From the human T2T-CHM13v2.0 reference genome, Homo sapiens: a stretch of DNA of 64,000 bases. The notes below the pieces were generated by a model. It had not been told where the DNA came from. It was given only the letters and a program-made list of their open reading frames with translations, and did no database searches. Shown one piece after another: positions 29,031 through 43,127 of this stretch. Made by a program: the position numbers and the translations under genes. The DNA is taken from NCBI RefSeq assembly GCF_009914755.1, contig NC_060937.1. One strand, 5' to 3'. Within the stretch, counting starts at the first letter, position 1. Every line of letters begins with the position of its first letter.

Positions 29031-29347
29031 GTGTTTGTTCCCTCAGCATCTGAGGGGGACTGCTTTCAGGACACCCTCTTGGATACCAAAATCTGCAAAT
29101 GCTCAAGTCCCTTACAAAAAATGGTATAAATTTGCATATGCTCTGAATCATCTCTGTATTACTTATAATATCTAATACAATGTCAATGCTGTGTACATAG
29201 TTGTTATACCATATTGTTTAGGGAATAATGACAAAATAAAGTGTACATGTTCAGTACAGACACAACCATTCATTTTTTTTCAAATATTTTCAATCTGCAG
29301 TTGGTTGAAGCCATGATGTAAAATCCATGGATGTGGAGGGCCAACTG
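29031..29347 (+). mobile_element. MER2 (TcMar-Tigger non-autonomous DNA transposon)
   Basis: ggataccaaaatctgcaaatgctcaagtccctt...atggatgtggagggccaactg; degenerate terminal inverted repeats. Confidence 0.8.
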
Positions 29348-31199
29348 TGTTTAACTTAATGAGTCTCTTTAAAGAATTAGATGAATCTAACAGCTGGAGT
29401 CCAGAGGTTCAATGTCCTTTTTCTCACCGTCAATGATCATTTATTGATTGATGCTAGGCATTGTAAGAGGATATATTGCTACTAAGAATGGCTATTTAGT
29501 AAGTGTTAGGCATTGGCCTAAGCACTTTAAATACCTTATCTATTAATACTTACCAACCATCAATGAAGCAACTCATTTTACATATGGAGAACCAGAAACT
29601 TAGAGAGGTTAAGTAACTTTTCCAAAGTCATGCAACTACTGAATGACAGGTTGGCATTGGGACCAGATTGTCAGATGCCCAAGCCCATTCAGGCTAACAA
29701 TAGGTTCTCTCTCTGTTGTAAGCTAACAGGCTAACCGGGAAGATCAGTCAAAACACGTAAAATGATTCAAGAACTAATGAACTGAGTAATGTGTTACTAC
29801 TGTCTCTAAGGACAAAAGGAGGTCAGAGAGAAGAAGAACATTTGGTTGAAGTCAGAGAAGGTAGTTCCTGAGCTGGCAGATTCAATTCCACTCAGAAAGC
29901 TTTGGTTGAACATTTATTTGAATGATTGATACTGTCAGAGATACAAATCGGAACAAAATATGCCCCTTCTCTGAAAGTGTTTTTAACTCCTTGAAGAAGA
30001 AAGTTAGTACACAGAATCTTATGATACAGGACACAATGGGCAAGTGCTAAATTGCCACAAACCTTGGAGCAAGGAAATACATAGGCTCAGAATTGAGGGA
30101 AAACTCGTGAGAGCCGTGGCTTTTGAGCGAGGTGCTGAAACTGGAGTAAGACAAGTAGGTAAAGCTCAGAGGTAAGATGGGAGAGCACGAAGAGGAAGTA
30201 GAGAGCAAAGGAAGGGCCACGCGGCGCAGTTTATAAAGCCTGCTCCAGAGGCGAGGCAAGGCTGGAAATAGGTGTAGGGCTGCACCTGGACATCTCGGAA
30301 TGCTAATCTAAGGAGCGCAGAATCCATTCTTTACAGTGAGGAACCTCCTGTGACTCTTCAGCCTGACAGTAGCAGTGATGAAAGGCGGGAAGCGGGGTTG
30401 ATGACCGAGGCAGTGCTGTGGTGAGGGGTGGGGAGGGTCTGCATGGTGGTGAAGGAGGTGGTGGGCACCAAGACAAAGAGAGGACGATGGGGGACTGCGT
30501 GAGACCTTGCAAAGGAAGATGCAGTAACTCAGCTTAGAAGTGCTGAGTATCCATCGTGTGCTAGGCCCCGGGATATCAAGGAATTAGGAGATGCCCTCGG
30601 GAGATCCAGGTGTAGCTGGGGAAGGAAACAGATAAAGAAGTTCAGCGGGATGTGGGAATGAATATGGTAGTGATGTGCACTGAGGGCTGGAGTCTGATCG
30701 GGTAGCCGCTGGGAGATGGCACAGGGAAGCACACACTTGCCTTGAGGTTCAAATTAGATAACGTACATCATTTGGAAATCGTTTACCAATAAGTCGTTAT
30801 TGGGATCTATATTCTGGATGTGTTAGATTTGAAATATACAACCTCTATCAAGGTGTGACATCGGGAATAATATTTTTAACATTGTTCACAAGTACCTAGT
30901 ATAGTGCTACGCCGTTGGAAGCCTGGGATCACAAGCTGTGCTTTTGGGCAATTAAATACAACAACCTATTCACTCATTCATTCAACAAATACTGATGGAG
31001 GGGCTCCAGTGGGCCTTGGGGTATAGACAAGAAACAGGGACTTGGGTCCATCCACACAGTGCAGTTGAGTGGGAAGTCAAAACCAACACGTGAGAAACGG
31101 TGGATGCCTTGGTACCAAAGTCATGCACCGTATCTTGGGTGAACGAATAGAACAATACTGCTTGCACTTTTACAGCATTCTACTGGTGGAAAAGTATTT

Positions 31200-32500
31200 T
31201 ACAGACGCGATTCTCTTAACCCTTTCAGCAAAACTGCCCAGTGAGTCCCCGGCCCTGGCCCCGCCTCGCACGCGCTGGTGCTACAGCTGTGGTGCAGACG
31301 CCCTTCCGCTGCGAGGGTGCGGCCGTCTCGGGGCGAGTGCTTCCCGGCCTGCAGGAGGCGAACTCGGGCTTCCCCGGGAGGCGTCCGTGGGAACGCGCAC
31401 CTGCGAGTCCCTGCCGGCTGAGGAGCCGAGGTCTGCGACCTCTGCCGACCTGAGCTCAGGCGCAGCAGCGCAGACCTGGCCGCCGTATCCCCTCTGGCTG
31501 GGATGCGGGCCCACGCGGGAAAGGCTGAAAGGTGGGGAACACCCCGGCGGAAAGGAACCCTCCCTCTCTGCTCTGAAGGAAAGTTTCCCAACACAGCCAT
31601 GTTCTTGGTGGTCTCCGGTCCCCCATCCCCAAGCCCCCAGTCAGCCTCACACTCATCCGCTTCAGTAGCCGCGGAGTGGGGGCCTCCAAAGAACCCAACT
31701 GCAGAGCAAGTCCGGCTGACGCAGTGTGCGCTGGGGGCGGGGCTCTGGACGGGGGCGGAGCCACGGCGAGAGCCGCGGTGAGGGCGGGGCCCGGGTGGGC
31801 GGTGCCCTGAGCGGGGCTCCTAGTGGGCGGGGCTCTGGGGTGGCGGCCGTTGCCGGGCTACGGGAGAGCGCGGAGCCCTGCGCTGGGAGGTGCACGGTGT
31901 GCACGCTGGACTGGACCCCCCATGCAACCCCGCGCCCTGCGCCTTAACCAGGACTGCTCCGCGCGCCCCTGAGCCTCGGGCTCCGGCCCGGACCTGCAGC
32001 CTCCCAGGTGGCTGGGAAGGTAGGTGCGTCGCTGTCCCCGGCGCGCGGCGTCCCGCGAGGTCTTCAGCCCTCGCCCTGGTGGATCCCCGCTGGGTGGGAG
32101 CCGGGAGTGGAGGCGGCCGCCCTAGGGAGGGAGGAGCGCAGGCGGGGGCTGCTCACGGGCGGAGTACTGCGCGGCGAAGGGAACCCCCGAAGGGGCTGAC
32201 CGGGTCTCGGGGCCGTGACAGGCGGCGAGGCGGTGGGAGGGGAGCGTGTGAATTCACGCTGGGTCCCCGCGGGCGACGCGAGCGACGCGACCTGGACTCC
32301 TATCCGGGATATTGTAAATAGATATGCTTGTGAGGCTCACGACTGGGAGCCTGTCACTCTGCCCAAGCCCGACCCGGCCCCGGCGCCCGCCCGCGTCCTG
32401 CGGAGGTCCCCTGAGCCAGCGCGCGGCTGCAGGGGTCTCGGGGCCGCATCCCGGACCAGCGCCAGCGGCGGGAGAGCGTTGTCTGTGAGCGGCCCAGGGT
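31200..32500. promoter_or_regulatory. TNFRSF19: CpG island / proximal TNFRSF19 promoter with clustered GC boxes
   Basis: Sharp rise in GC and CpG density; GGGCGG boxes at ~31735, 31753, 31782, 31797, 31825; no TATA. Confidence 0.92.
31860..32019 (+). other. TNFRSF19: TNFRSF19 alternative non-coding first exon (proximal, 1b); 5' end approximate
   Basis: Downstream of the GC boxes; donor AAG|GTAGGT at 32019/32020; recalled mRNA junction ...ggctgggaag|aactctcc. Confidence 0.8.
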
Positions 32501-33481
32501 ATATTCCTTCTGTGGGAAAGAGTTCCTTAGAGTATAGCAGGAATTATTAGTATATTGATGAGTAGAGCCTGTGATAGATTTAGAGAGTGAGAAAGCCAGC
32601 TCTTACAATGCGTGTAATGCCATCTCATGGGACAGAAATTTGGCTAATATACTCCTGGAGATCAAGTTTGGCGGATCAAAATTCTGTGATCTGTTTTGAT
32701 GGTAGTGCACTAGTCATCCAGTCTCCGTTCACTATTGTAAGAAACCCATGTCATTTGTTTGCATGTTAATAAAGGACTCAATATGCATACAAAATCATCA
32801 CCATTGTTCAGTTTCTTTTAACTGAAACAGTTTAACCCAAGATATGTATGAAGACGTAGTTTTTACCCCATGACAGTTTCTTTGACTACAAAACCAAACA
32901 ATTTCTTTATGTAAACAGGAAACAGTTATTGTTAAACATACCTCATGCAAACGATATTTCTTAGTGTTGTCATTTCATGATCAGATATTAGATGCAAAAG
33001 GGAGGATTACATTGCGTTACTTCAGGATTTACTCAGTACCTTTTCTGTGGTGCAGTTTCACCTTAGGCGTTTTTGCCAACACTGCTTTCATGTAGTCTTA
33101 AAAATTCCAGGCAGTGCTTATTATCTAATTGAAAGGTATAGAACTGGAGGGGTGAGAATTGAGTCCTAGTGTGGAAGACAATTTTTGACATTCACAGAGA
33201 TGTGAGTACTTAAAAAGAAAGCTTCTTTGCATAACACTTATCAAATTGTTCTGAAAGTAAAACAAAACATAGAAATGCATTTTCATTTGCACAATATAGC
33301 CTTGGCATCAATGCATGAAGCATTATCATGAGCTCTGTTCTTTACTTTTTAATCTATGAAAATGTCTTACCATATCTACTTTATTACCAAAGCCACATGG
33401 CTTTACTGACTTTAGGAAACTTTTTTCCATAGTAAGTGCTAACTCTGAGAGGTGGTGTTAGTATTTTCAGAGCAATCATAA

Positions 33482-33933
<452 letters not shown>

Positions 33934-34586
33934 GTCGATGTGCCTTTTCTATCCAGAAGACTGAATAAGGAACATTGCTCACATGTAAAAGTAGCTGTAA
34001 AAGAGATTTTTTAAAGGGACAGAACTTTTTTTTTTAACTTCAGATGATAATAGGCTTTTTACATATATTTTATAATGGAAAATGGATTGCGACATGTAAT
34101 GTCATATGCTGTCCTTAATATATTAATTTCCTAGTTACAGCTCTGTTACATGAATTTAGGGCATATTGGGGACTTTTTAAACATAAGTAAGGAATTCTGC
34201 TAACATTCATAAAAAGAATTTGAGTCTCTTTTTTCACCTATTGCAATCTCTGAACCTGTGCTTGACTCAATCCCCTGTGGCCAATTCTACCCCTGAAAAA
34301 TTAACACGATTCAAACAAAAACTCCAGGCATCTTTAGTAGGTGAAAAAAGCCAAAGCCCTTTTAAAACTGATGCATCAATATTTAAAATCAAGCATTAAA
34401 AAGTCTGAAAAAGGCCAACATGTTCTATTTGTGTTGACTACAGATTGAATAGGAATGCCCACTTGAATAAAACACACTCCCAATAAATACATTGATAGCT
34501 GCCTATGTGATAAGAGAGCCAGGGAACAGTTAAACGGTTAAATATATTTGTCCTGTGGCAGCTGATTATTAAATATTCACAGGCTT

Positions 34587-34934
<348 letters not shown>

Positions 34935-35029
34935 TCATTACACATTGTATACATATATTAAAATATCACTGTCTCCGATAAATATTACAATTATTACATG
35001 TCAACTGAAATTCAACAAAACTAACACCC

Positions 35030-35790
35030 TTAGTGAGATTGATTCGCATATAGTAAGTGGCATATATTTAAATTTATAATTAGGTAAGTTTTGACATACT
35101 GTGAAACTGCCAACACAATCCTGATGGTGAACACATAAAACACACCCAAAAGTTTCCTTACAACTCGTTGTAATCCCTTTCTTCCATATTTCCTTGCCCT
35201 CTTCAAGCCCCTGACAACCTCTGATCTGCTTTGTCATTATGTATTAGTTCGCATTTTCTAGAATTTCATATAAATGTAATCGTATAGTATGTCATTCTGG
35301 GAGGAGGGGTCTGGCTTCTTTCACTCACAATAATTATTTTGAGTTTCATCCACATTATTACAGGTATCAAAAGTTAAATCATTTTTATTGCTCACTAGTA
35401 TTCCATTGCATGCACCATAACTTGTTTATTTCTTGACTTGTTTATGGACACATGGTTGTTTTCAGTTTTTAGCTATTATATATAAAACTGCTATGAACAT
35501 TCATGTGCAACTTTTTGTATGAAAGTTTACTTTCCAAAATATTGGGAGAAGAATATCTAGGTGTTATTAAAGGTGTGTGCTTAACATTTTAAGAAATGTC
35601 CAAATTGTTTTCCAAAGTGTTTGTTACACTTTCATTTCTAGTAACAGTGTATGGGAGTTCGAATTCTCCAAATCTTCACCAACAATGGTGTGACCAGATG
35701 TTGTATTTTAGACATTCAAATAAGTAGGCCATAATAGTTCATTGTGGATTTAATTTTCATCACTCCAGTGGCTAAAAATGTTGGACCAAA
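35030..35790 (-). mobile_element. Ancient L1M 3' region
   Basis: cattttctagaatttcatataaatg...ctgctatgaacattcatgtgca...caaattgttttccaaagtg. Confidence 0.75.
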
Positions 35791-36518
35791 AAAAAATGAT
35801 AAAGTAACCCTCTAGGTGAAGAAAAAGAAAATTAAAGTGGGTATGAACATAATTTTTTTTCATGATTTAGTGATTGAGTAGTGAGTTCTTGGTATTTTAT
35901 GTGTCTAAAATGTTTACATTTAAAAGTAAGATGTTTAAACAGTATTGGGTTATCTTCTAGTCCACATGTCACATAATATGTACCTTTATTTACCTTTTAA
36001 ACTGAAGTTTTAAAACCTGGGTTTTAAAAAGAGAACAACTACCCATCAGCAATTACAGAAGACAAAGGAACTTGTGTGTCTGAAGACTGAGTGTTATTTA
36101 GCAGCTCTTTGGTCAGCTTGGATTGGTCACATATGTGGAAACTGGGAAATAATAGGGGCTACTTACACTGGAGAAGAACACTACAAATGGTGTAAAGAGT
36201 GGTTTTGGAATGTATCCAGACTTCCTTCTAAAATAAAAATTTAAACAGCTGTGTTTGAGAGATGGGTATGCACAATTCTTGTAAGAAAGACTGTGTAGAT
36301 GTTTGAGGTCCCCTTAGTCCCTGATGCTACCATTGTTCCATTTGCATTTCAGGGTAGAGAAACATTCATGAATTTTGGGAAAAACACATTAGTTACAGTA
36401 TGCTTGTTGACTGAACATTTTGAGAATTCTGACAGTGATTTTCCTAATGCAAAGATGATAAAATGTACAACTTAGAGAAATAAAAAGAATTAGTCTCAGA
36501 AAACCCTGCACTAGGTTA

Positions 36519-37084
36519 TTTTTTGTTGTTGTTGTTTTTATTTTTATTTATCTATTTTTTCTTTATTTCCATAGGGTTTTGGGGAACAGGTGGTATTTGG
36601 TTGCATGAGTTCTTCAGTGGTGATTTGTGAGATTTTGGTGCACCCATCCCCTGAGCAGTATACACTGAACCCGATTTGTAGCCTTTTATCCCTCACCCCC
36701 TTCCACCCTTTTCCCCCAAGTCCCCAAAGTCCATTGTATCATTTTTATGCCTTTGCATCCTCATAGCTTAGCTCCCAGTTATGAGTAAGAACATACAATG
36801 TTTGGTTTTCCATTCCTGAGTTACTTCACTTTGAATAACAGTCTCCAAACCCATCCAGGTTGCTGTGAATGCCATTGATTCATTCCTTTTTATGGATGAG
36901 TAGTATTCCATCATATATATATACCACAGTTTTTTTAGCCACTCACTGATTTATGGGCATTTGGGCTGGTTACATATTTTTGCAACTACGAATTGTGCTG
37001 CTATAAAAATGTGTGTGCAAGTATCTCTTTTGTATAATGACTTCTTTTCTCCTGGGTAGATACCCAGTAGTGGGATTGCTGGAT
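36519..37084 (-). mobile_element. 5'-truncated L1PB-like element
   Basis: ggggaacaggtggtatttgg...gattttggtgcacccatc...cccagtagtgggattgctggatc; TSD ctaggtta at 36511-36518 and 37085-37092. Confidence 0.88.
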
Positions 37085-38464
37085 CTAGGTTAAGTTTTAT
37101 TTAAAAAAAAAAAAAAAAAAAGCAGCCTAATAGAGGCCCTTACTGTTTTGAACTTTGGGAGAATTGGAGATACTGTATTTGGCAGCAGAAAATTTTTAAG
37201 TTTTTAGGGTTTTTAGTAGAAAATACCTTGTAATTTGAAAAAGAGAAACCATTCTCATTTTCCAGCCAATAACAATACGTATATTCTTAGCACACCTTTG
37301 TGAGTTCCTAGGCTACAAAGAGATCTGCCAACTCTACTATGTAAGAAGAATGATTTTCAGAATATAGTGAGATTGAAAGCTAAGATACAGAATAGCTAGA
37401 AGCCGGGGGTTATTGTTTTGTTTGGAAATAGCATTACTCTAAATTTCTAATTAATGTTTTATTCTCTTTGCATGTGGGACTGGCAGTATTTCTAAGTCAT
37501 TCGTGATTATGTTGTGCCATTAAAATGTCAAAGGCTGTATTTATAGCATTGGCTTTATTTCAGTGCTGATTTATAAATTGTAAAACTGCCAGTTGAATAT
37601 CAACATTTTAAAAATGTTTCATCTTATTACATATTAGAAAAATGTATGGGTTGAATATAGTTTCATTACATAGTGTGAATACAGTTTTTTTGATGAAAAC
37701 TGTTACCAATTGCATGCACTGCATCTGTTGGATAATAAATAGCTTTCAAGAGATAGGAAAAAAACAAAATTAAATAATTTATTCTGAAAAAAAGAGTATC
37801 CAGATTATTAGAATTATTACAAAGCACATATGTTTTCGTCATTTACACCATCAAAAATATAGATGATTCTCAGAAAGGTTACTGATTATAATATAATTTT
37901 CTTTCTAATTATCACCATTCTTCCTCCTTAGTGATTCTTGTCTGTATTAGAGCACTACCTTCAAGAAATGGGGTTCTGACCTGGATTTGTGCTACCACAG
38001 TGACTTGCATTTCAACCTCAGGTTATATTTGCTCATATTTTTCACATATACTATTTTATCCCTTAGAACTCTGAGAAGTAAACTGTTATCCCTAGTTAAT
38101 GAATTTCTCTCTTCATTTAGCATGCATTGGGCACATATTGTGAGTTACAGTTCTATAGTGAAATCACAGCTCTTGTCATTAAGCCCTCAAATCTTATTTG
38201 ATTGGTGGTCAACTCCAGTGGCTGGGTTGGTGATAAAATGAGGGAAGGGAGCCCAGTGTGACAGTGGGGAGTGGTGGAGACTAGTGCACTAAAGATATGT
38301 CCTTCCGTGTAAGGGACAACTGATCATTAGCTCTAGCTCATATTGCTTTGATGTGGGACTCAGGGCCGTCAGATTGTCTAATTTTTCGAGAACATTTTTC
38401 ATTTTTAATACTGAAAGCAAATTTTAAAGATTTAAGTGCTGCAGTGACTAAAGAAAATAAATGT

Positions 38465-38813
<349 letters not shown>

Positions 38814-39407
38814 TTATAGCAGTGAGTGGAAGTCCAGGGTGCTGTGGAAGCAGAAAGAAGAGATGCTGATGCAGATTTAAGGGGATTCCAGAAGACCTGT
38901 GACAGACTGGGGGCAGGCATTGTAGAGGAAGGGACAGTTGAGGGACCTGCTGGTGGAAGCAGTCACTGTGGTTTGAGATCCAGAGGTCCGCCCAGCCAAT
39001 CAGAGATGAAGCCCAGAGCTGCCCTTCCCCGGCAGTGCTCCCCTGTCTCGGCGTGGTGACACGCTAGCACTGGTGTTCATGATTTTGGGCAAGAAGGCAC
39101 AAGGGGTGTGCATTATAACACCTATTGGATTTATCTTAGTTAGAGGGAGGCCAATTAGGACACATCCGTGTTAGTTACCATTCACTCAAATGAGCAGGCT
39201 GAGCAGCTTTGAGAAGCAGCCACTCTGTGTGCAGCTGAACAGCATGTTTCCCCGCTCTGCACTTGGGGTTTGTGTCCCTTCTTCTTTGCATGCTCCTGAT
39301 ACTGCCAAGCTGCGTATTGTTGTTGAATAGCAGATAGTGAGGCCGACATTTCATGCTTGTGGAATACAGTAAACCAGGCATCATTAGTCTTCTCCCTAGT
39401 GCTTATG

Positions 39408-39452
39408 TGGAGGACATGTACAGAGAAACAGTTTCTCTGTACATGTCCTCCA
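39408..39452. repeat. Perfect inverted repeat, 22-bp arms with a 1-nt spacer
   Basis: TGGAGGACATGTACAGAGAAAC A GTTTCTCTGTACATGTCCTCCA, checked base by base. Confidence 0.97.
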
Positions 39453-40529
39453 AGAAATGCATGCTAGACTGTTACAGATGCTGTGGAGACTGGAGGTTTT
39501 GGCAAACGGTAAAAACCCCAGCATCCAGACCCATGGTACATAATCTCAGTTATTTGTATGGCTTGTGCTTGCTAAATCATCTCCAAGTAAATAGAACACT
39601 GAAGCATATAAAAGCATTTTTCTATCTTTGGGCCAGACCTTGAATGTCCAGAATTTAAAAATAATTTTAATAAATAACCTTTTGATTGCCTTATTTTTAT
39701 TTTAAATATTATTACTTAAACGCTTAAGCTATTTCATTAAATTTTCCTTCTTTTTCTGAATGCCAAATAATTTCTTAAGGAATTTCATTCCACTCCAGGA
39801 AATTCAAGGTCACACTTATAACCCTCCACCAGCTAAATTGTTTATTTCTAAAATACTCCTAGGCCAGGCTATGTCAAAAGGTGTTTTGGAGATCACTACC
39901 TTGGCCAAGCTGTGAGCTCCCTTGAAGGAACAAGTTGTAGTGTCTTCTAGCCTAGTCCTGCCTCCTTTCAGGCACCTAATGACCGTTTAACCAATGTTTG
40001 TTGAATAAATAAATACATGATTAAATGTATTATTGCATTATGTGTCTCATCAGTTTTGTTGAGATAGCCGTGCTGTCCTGAATGGCAGGAGTCACTGGAT
40101 GCTGGTGATGGGTTAGGACACAACCCTAGGTCAGCATGGCGGGATGCTGAGGAGCCCTGTTATGGAGTTGCCAGGCATGAATTGGATTTGATTTCCACTG
40201 GTTCTCGTATTTGTTTCCTTGGACCTTCAGTTTTCTCTTCCATTATATGGGGATAAATGTCTACTTTAGAGTGTGGTAGAAAGGAGAAAAAGCTATCCTT
40301 TTTTAAAGCATTAGCACAGTACTCAACATTATAAATGCTTGGTTCAAACTCTTAGTGGATTCTTAGTCTTCAGATGCCTTCTGCAGGCTCCCAGGTCCTG
40401 AGCTGTTGCCACTTGACTGCGGCTGCCTAGATGCCTCCTATTTGTCCGACGGATTACAGTCTTCAAGGACTGTCACATCCTAATGGATCATTTGATCCTC
40501 AATAATAATGTCATTAACATGAAGGACAA

Positions 40530-40740
40530 TAGTAGTTGCTAACAATTCTATAGCACTTATTATGTGCCAGAAACGGTTTACATCAGCTAATTCTCCTGAA
40601 AGTGCTTTACAGCTGTTAGACTCATTCCTCACAGCAATTTCAGGAGGTAGGTACTATCATTCTGCCCCATTTAGAGATGAGGAAACTGAGACTCAGGGTT
40701 AAGTAACTTATCCCAGGTTGCACAGCTCATAAGTAGTGGT
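40530..40740 (-). mobile_element. MIR
   Basis: ccccatttagagatgaggaaactgagactcagggttaagtaacttatcccagg (MIR core). Confidence 0.75.
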
Positions 40741-42039
40741 CTCAATAACAACAGCAGCAGTAACAGCATCAGCAACTGCTCCGGGCGCTGGGCTCAGCAC
40801 TTTGTGTTAGCCCAGTTAGTCCTCACAATGCCCCTGTGAGATGGGTTCTATTTTTGTCTCCTTATGGATGTGTAGCATCAAAGTGACAATGTTAAGAAAT
40901 GCTTCACAATTTGTCTGCCTTTTTCAGTAGTTAGTGTAGCATCCCACTAGACGATTCTATCCAGACTAATTGCTCGAATATGGTATGTACTGATTGACTT
41001 GTCAATTTCTTTGTCTCATATTTTGTGTAAATGCTTTGGCATTATCCCCGTTTTTTCTTATTAGTTTTAATTCCACCTAAATTACACATTTTTTGCTTTT
41101 AGAACTTAATACATTTTTTAAAATGTAAGATCGTATCATGAAAGAAATAACCTGAAGCATGTGCTTCAAAGAATGTGATTTTTATCTTCTCACCCTAACC
41201 CTGTGTCTATACAAGCAGTAAGTTGCATGGTTGAGTAATTGCTGGTTGATTTTGAGATATGCCAGCAGGAAAAAAAGTTATGACCAAGTAGCTGGAAAAG
41301 TGAAAAAAGCTGTTTGAATTCACTTCAAATGGGTCATTCACTCAACAAAGGTAAATGATTTTTCATTGCCCCGGCAATGTGACCTGCCCAGGCAGTGGAC
41401 GTGGTTCATCTGGGTTCAGCCACTTCCGGGGCACCCGTCAGCTCACCCCTGATAGCCGCTCAGCCTGCAGCGGAGGCAGCTCTGCCCCCTCTGCCTCCTT
41501 GGTTGTTGTCGTTGTTGTTTTTCTTGAGCTGTTTGCCCATGGTTCTGGTTCTGTGCTCTGGTTTCTTTCTAAGTCAGATGATCCACTTGGGATCTGTTAG
41601 TTTTGGAAACTTCAACTTTAAAGGAAACAGAACCGCTGTTTCTCTACCTGATGGAGCAGCCAGATGAGGCTTCACTTTTTCTTTTTGATCTCTTCTCTGG
41701 ACATGTGTGGATCTGTAAAAAACAGCCAGATTTGGTTCTACATTTTAGATCATTCCTGGTAAAGATAAAGAGGCTTGGTTTATCTTGTATTGAAATGTTA
41801 GGTTAGTGCCTGTGATTTCATCACTCGTCAATGACTTTTAGATGTTTTAAGATGAATGCTTATTTTTCTGCCATACATACTTTGCTCTATTCTGGTTTGG
41901 GAAAGAATTCATAAATGCAAAATATTGTCTGTCTGCTTCTTAGTGAAGACGAAGTTGTCAAGATACAAGCCTGGTGTCTTCATTTAATAGCACATTGTCT
42001 GTCAGGGCGTATGTGACACAGGAGCTGTAGAAAGGGATG

Positions 42040-42215
42040 CTCCACCTGGGTTTGCATCCAGCTGTGCCTCTCACTAGCAATGTGACCTTGGGCAGGTTAC
42101 TTAGCCCTCTCTGAGTTTCCCCATCGCTAAAATGGGAATAATGATAGGATCTACCTTCTAGAGTAGTTGTGAGGATTAAGTGAGTTAGCATGCTGAAAAT
42201 AGTACCTGTCACATA
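42040..42215 (+). mobile_element. MIR
   Basis: tgtgaccttgggcaggttacttagccctctctgagtttccccatc...gttgtgaggattaagtgag. Confidence 0.8.
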
Positions 42216-42623
42216 GTTGTTATTTTATCACTATTATTACCCTGTTGGCATTGTCCAAACCCAGATAAATGGGAGGTTTATATAGTCACTATTTGAATAG
42301 AATTTCATGCTGAGTGAAGTAGATTGGCTGCTGTAGAGAACATGGGTAGAAAATATCAATAAAGGCGGGTATAGCCTGGGAACTCAGAGCCTGTAAGAGT
42401 TTTGCATATAATGTATAGGTAAACAGAGCTTCAATTCTCATAATATGAGTTATAAAATAATTATATATTATTTGTCTTTTTTCTTTTTTAAAGGTGGTTT
42501 CTTTTAAAACACAAATAATATTTATTACCTAGTCTATATAGTAAGTGGTAGATATTATATAGTAAACAAAGCACAGTCACTGATGTTTTTAATATTAACT
42601 GCATCTTCCTATCTTTTATTTAG

Positions 42624-42657
42624 AACTCTCCAACAATAAATACATTTGATAAGAAAG
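42624..42657 (+). other. TNFRSF19: TNFRSF19 exon 2, 5'UTR part
   Basis: Acceptor cttcctatcttttatttag| ending 42623; in-frame TAA at 42637-42639 upstream of the ATG. Confidence 0.9.
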
Positions 42658-42726
42658 ATGGCTTTAAAAGTGCTACTAGAACAAGAGAAAACGTTTTTCA
42701 CTCTTTTAGTATTACTAGACTATTTG
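42658..42726 (+). CDS. TNFRSF19: TNFRSF19 (TROY) first coding exon, aa 1-23 MALKVLLEQEKTFFTLLVLLDYL (signal peptide)
   Basis: Strong Kozak aagATGG; recognisable TROY N-terminus; donor TTG|GTAAGT, phase 0. Confidence 0.96.
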
Positions 42727-42785
42727 GTAAGTAAAGTCCTTTTTTCTTTCATAAGAATGTGGTGAAAGAATTCATGTACTAATAA

Positions 42786-43127
<342 letters not shown>

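Noticed and set aside
31069-32550. Multiple 100-200-aa ORFs on both strands
   Set aside because: Expected stop-codon scarcity in a CpG island; Pro/Arg/Gly/Ala-rich with no domain
42635-42640. AATAAA in the exon 2 5'UTR as a functional poly(A) signal
   Set aside because: Lies 12 nt into an exon with a strong downstream U1 site and no clear GU-rich element; common in AT-rich DNA
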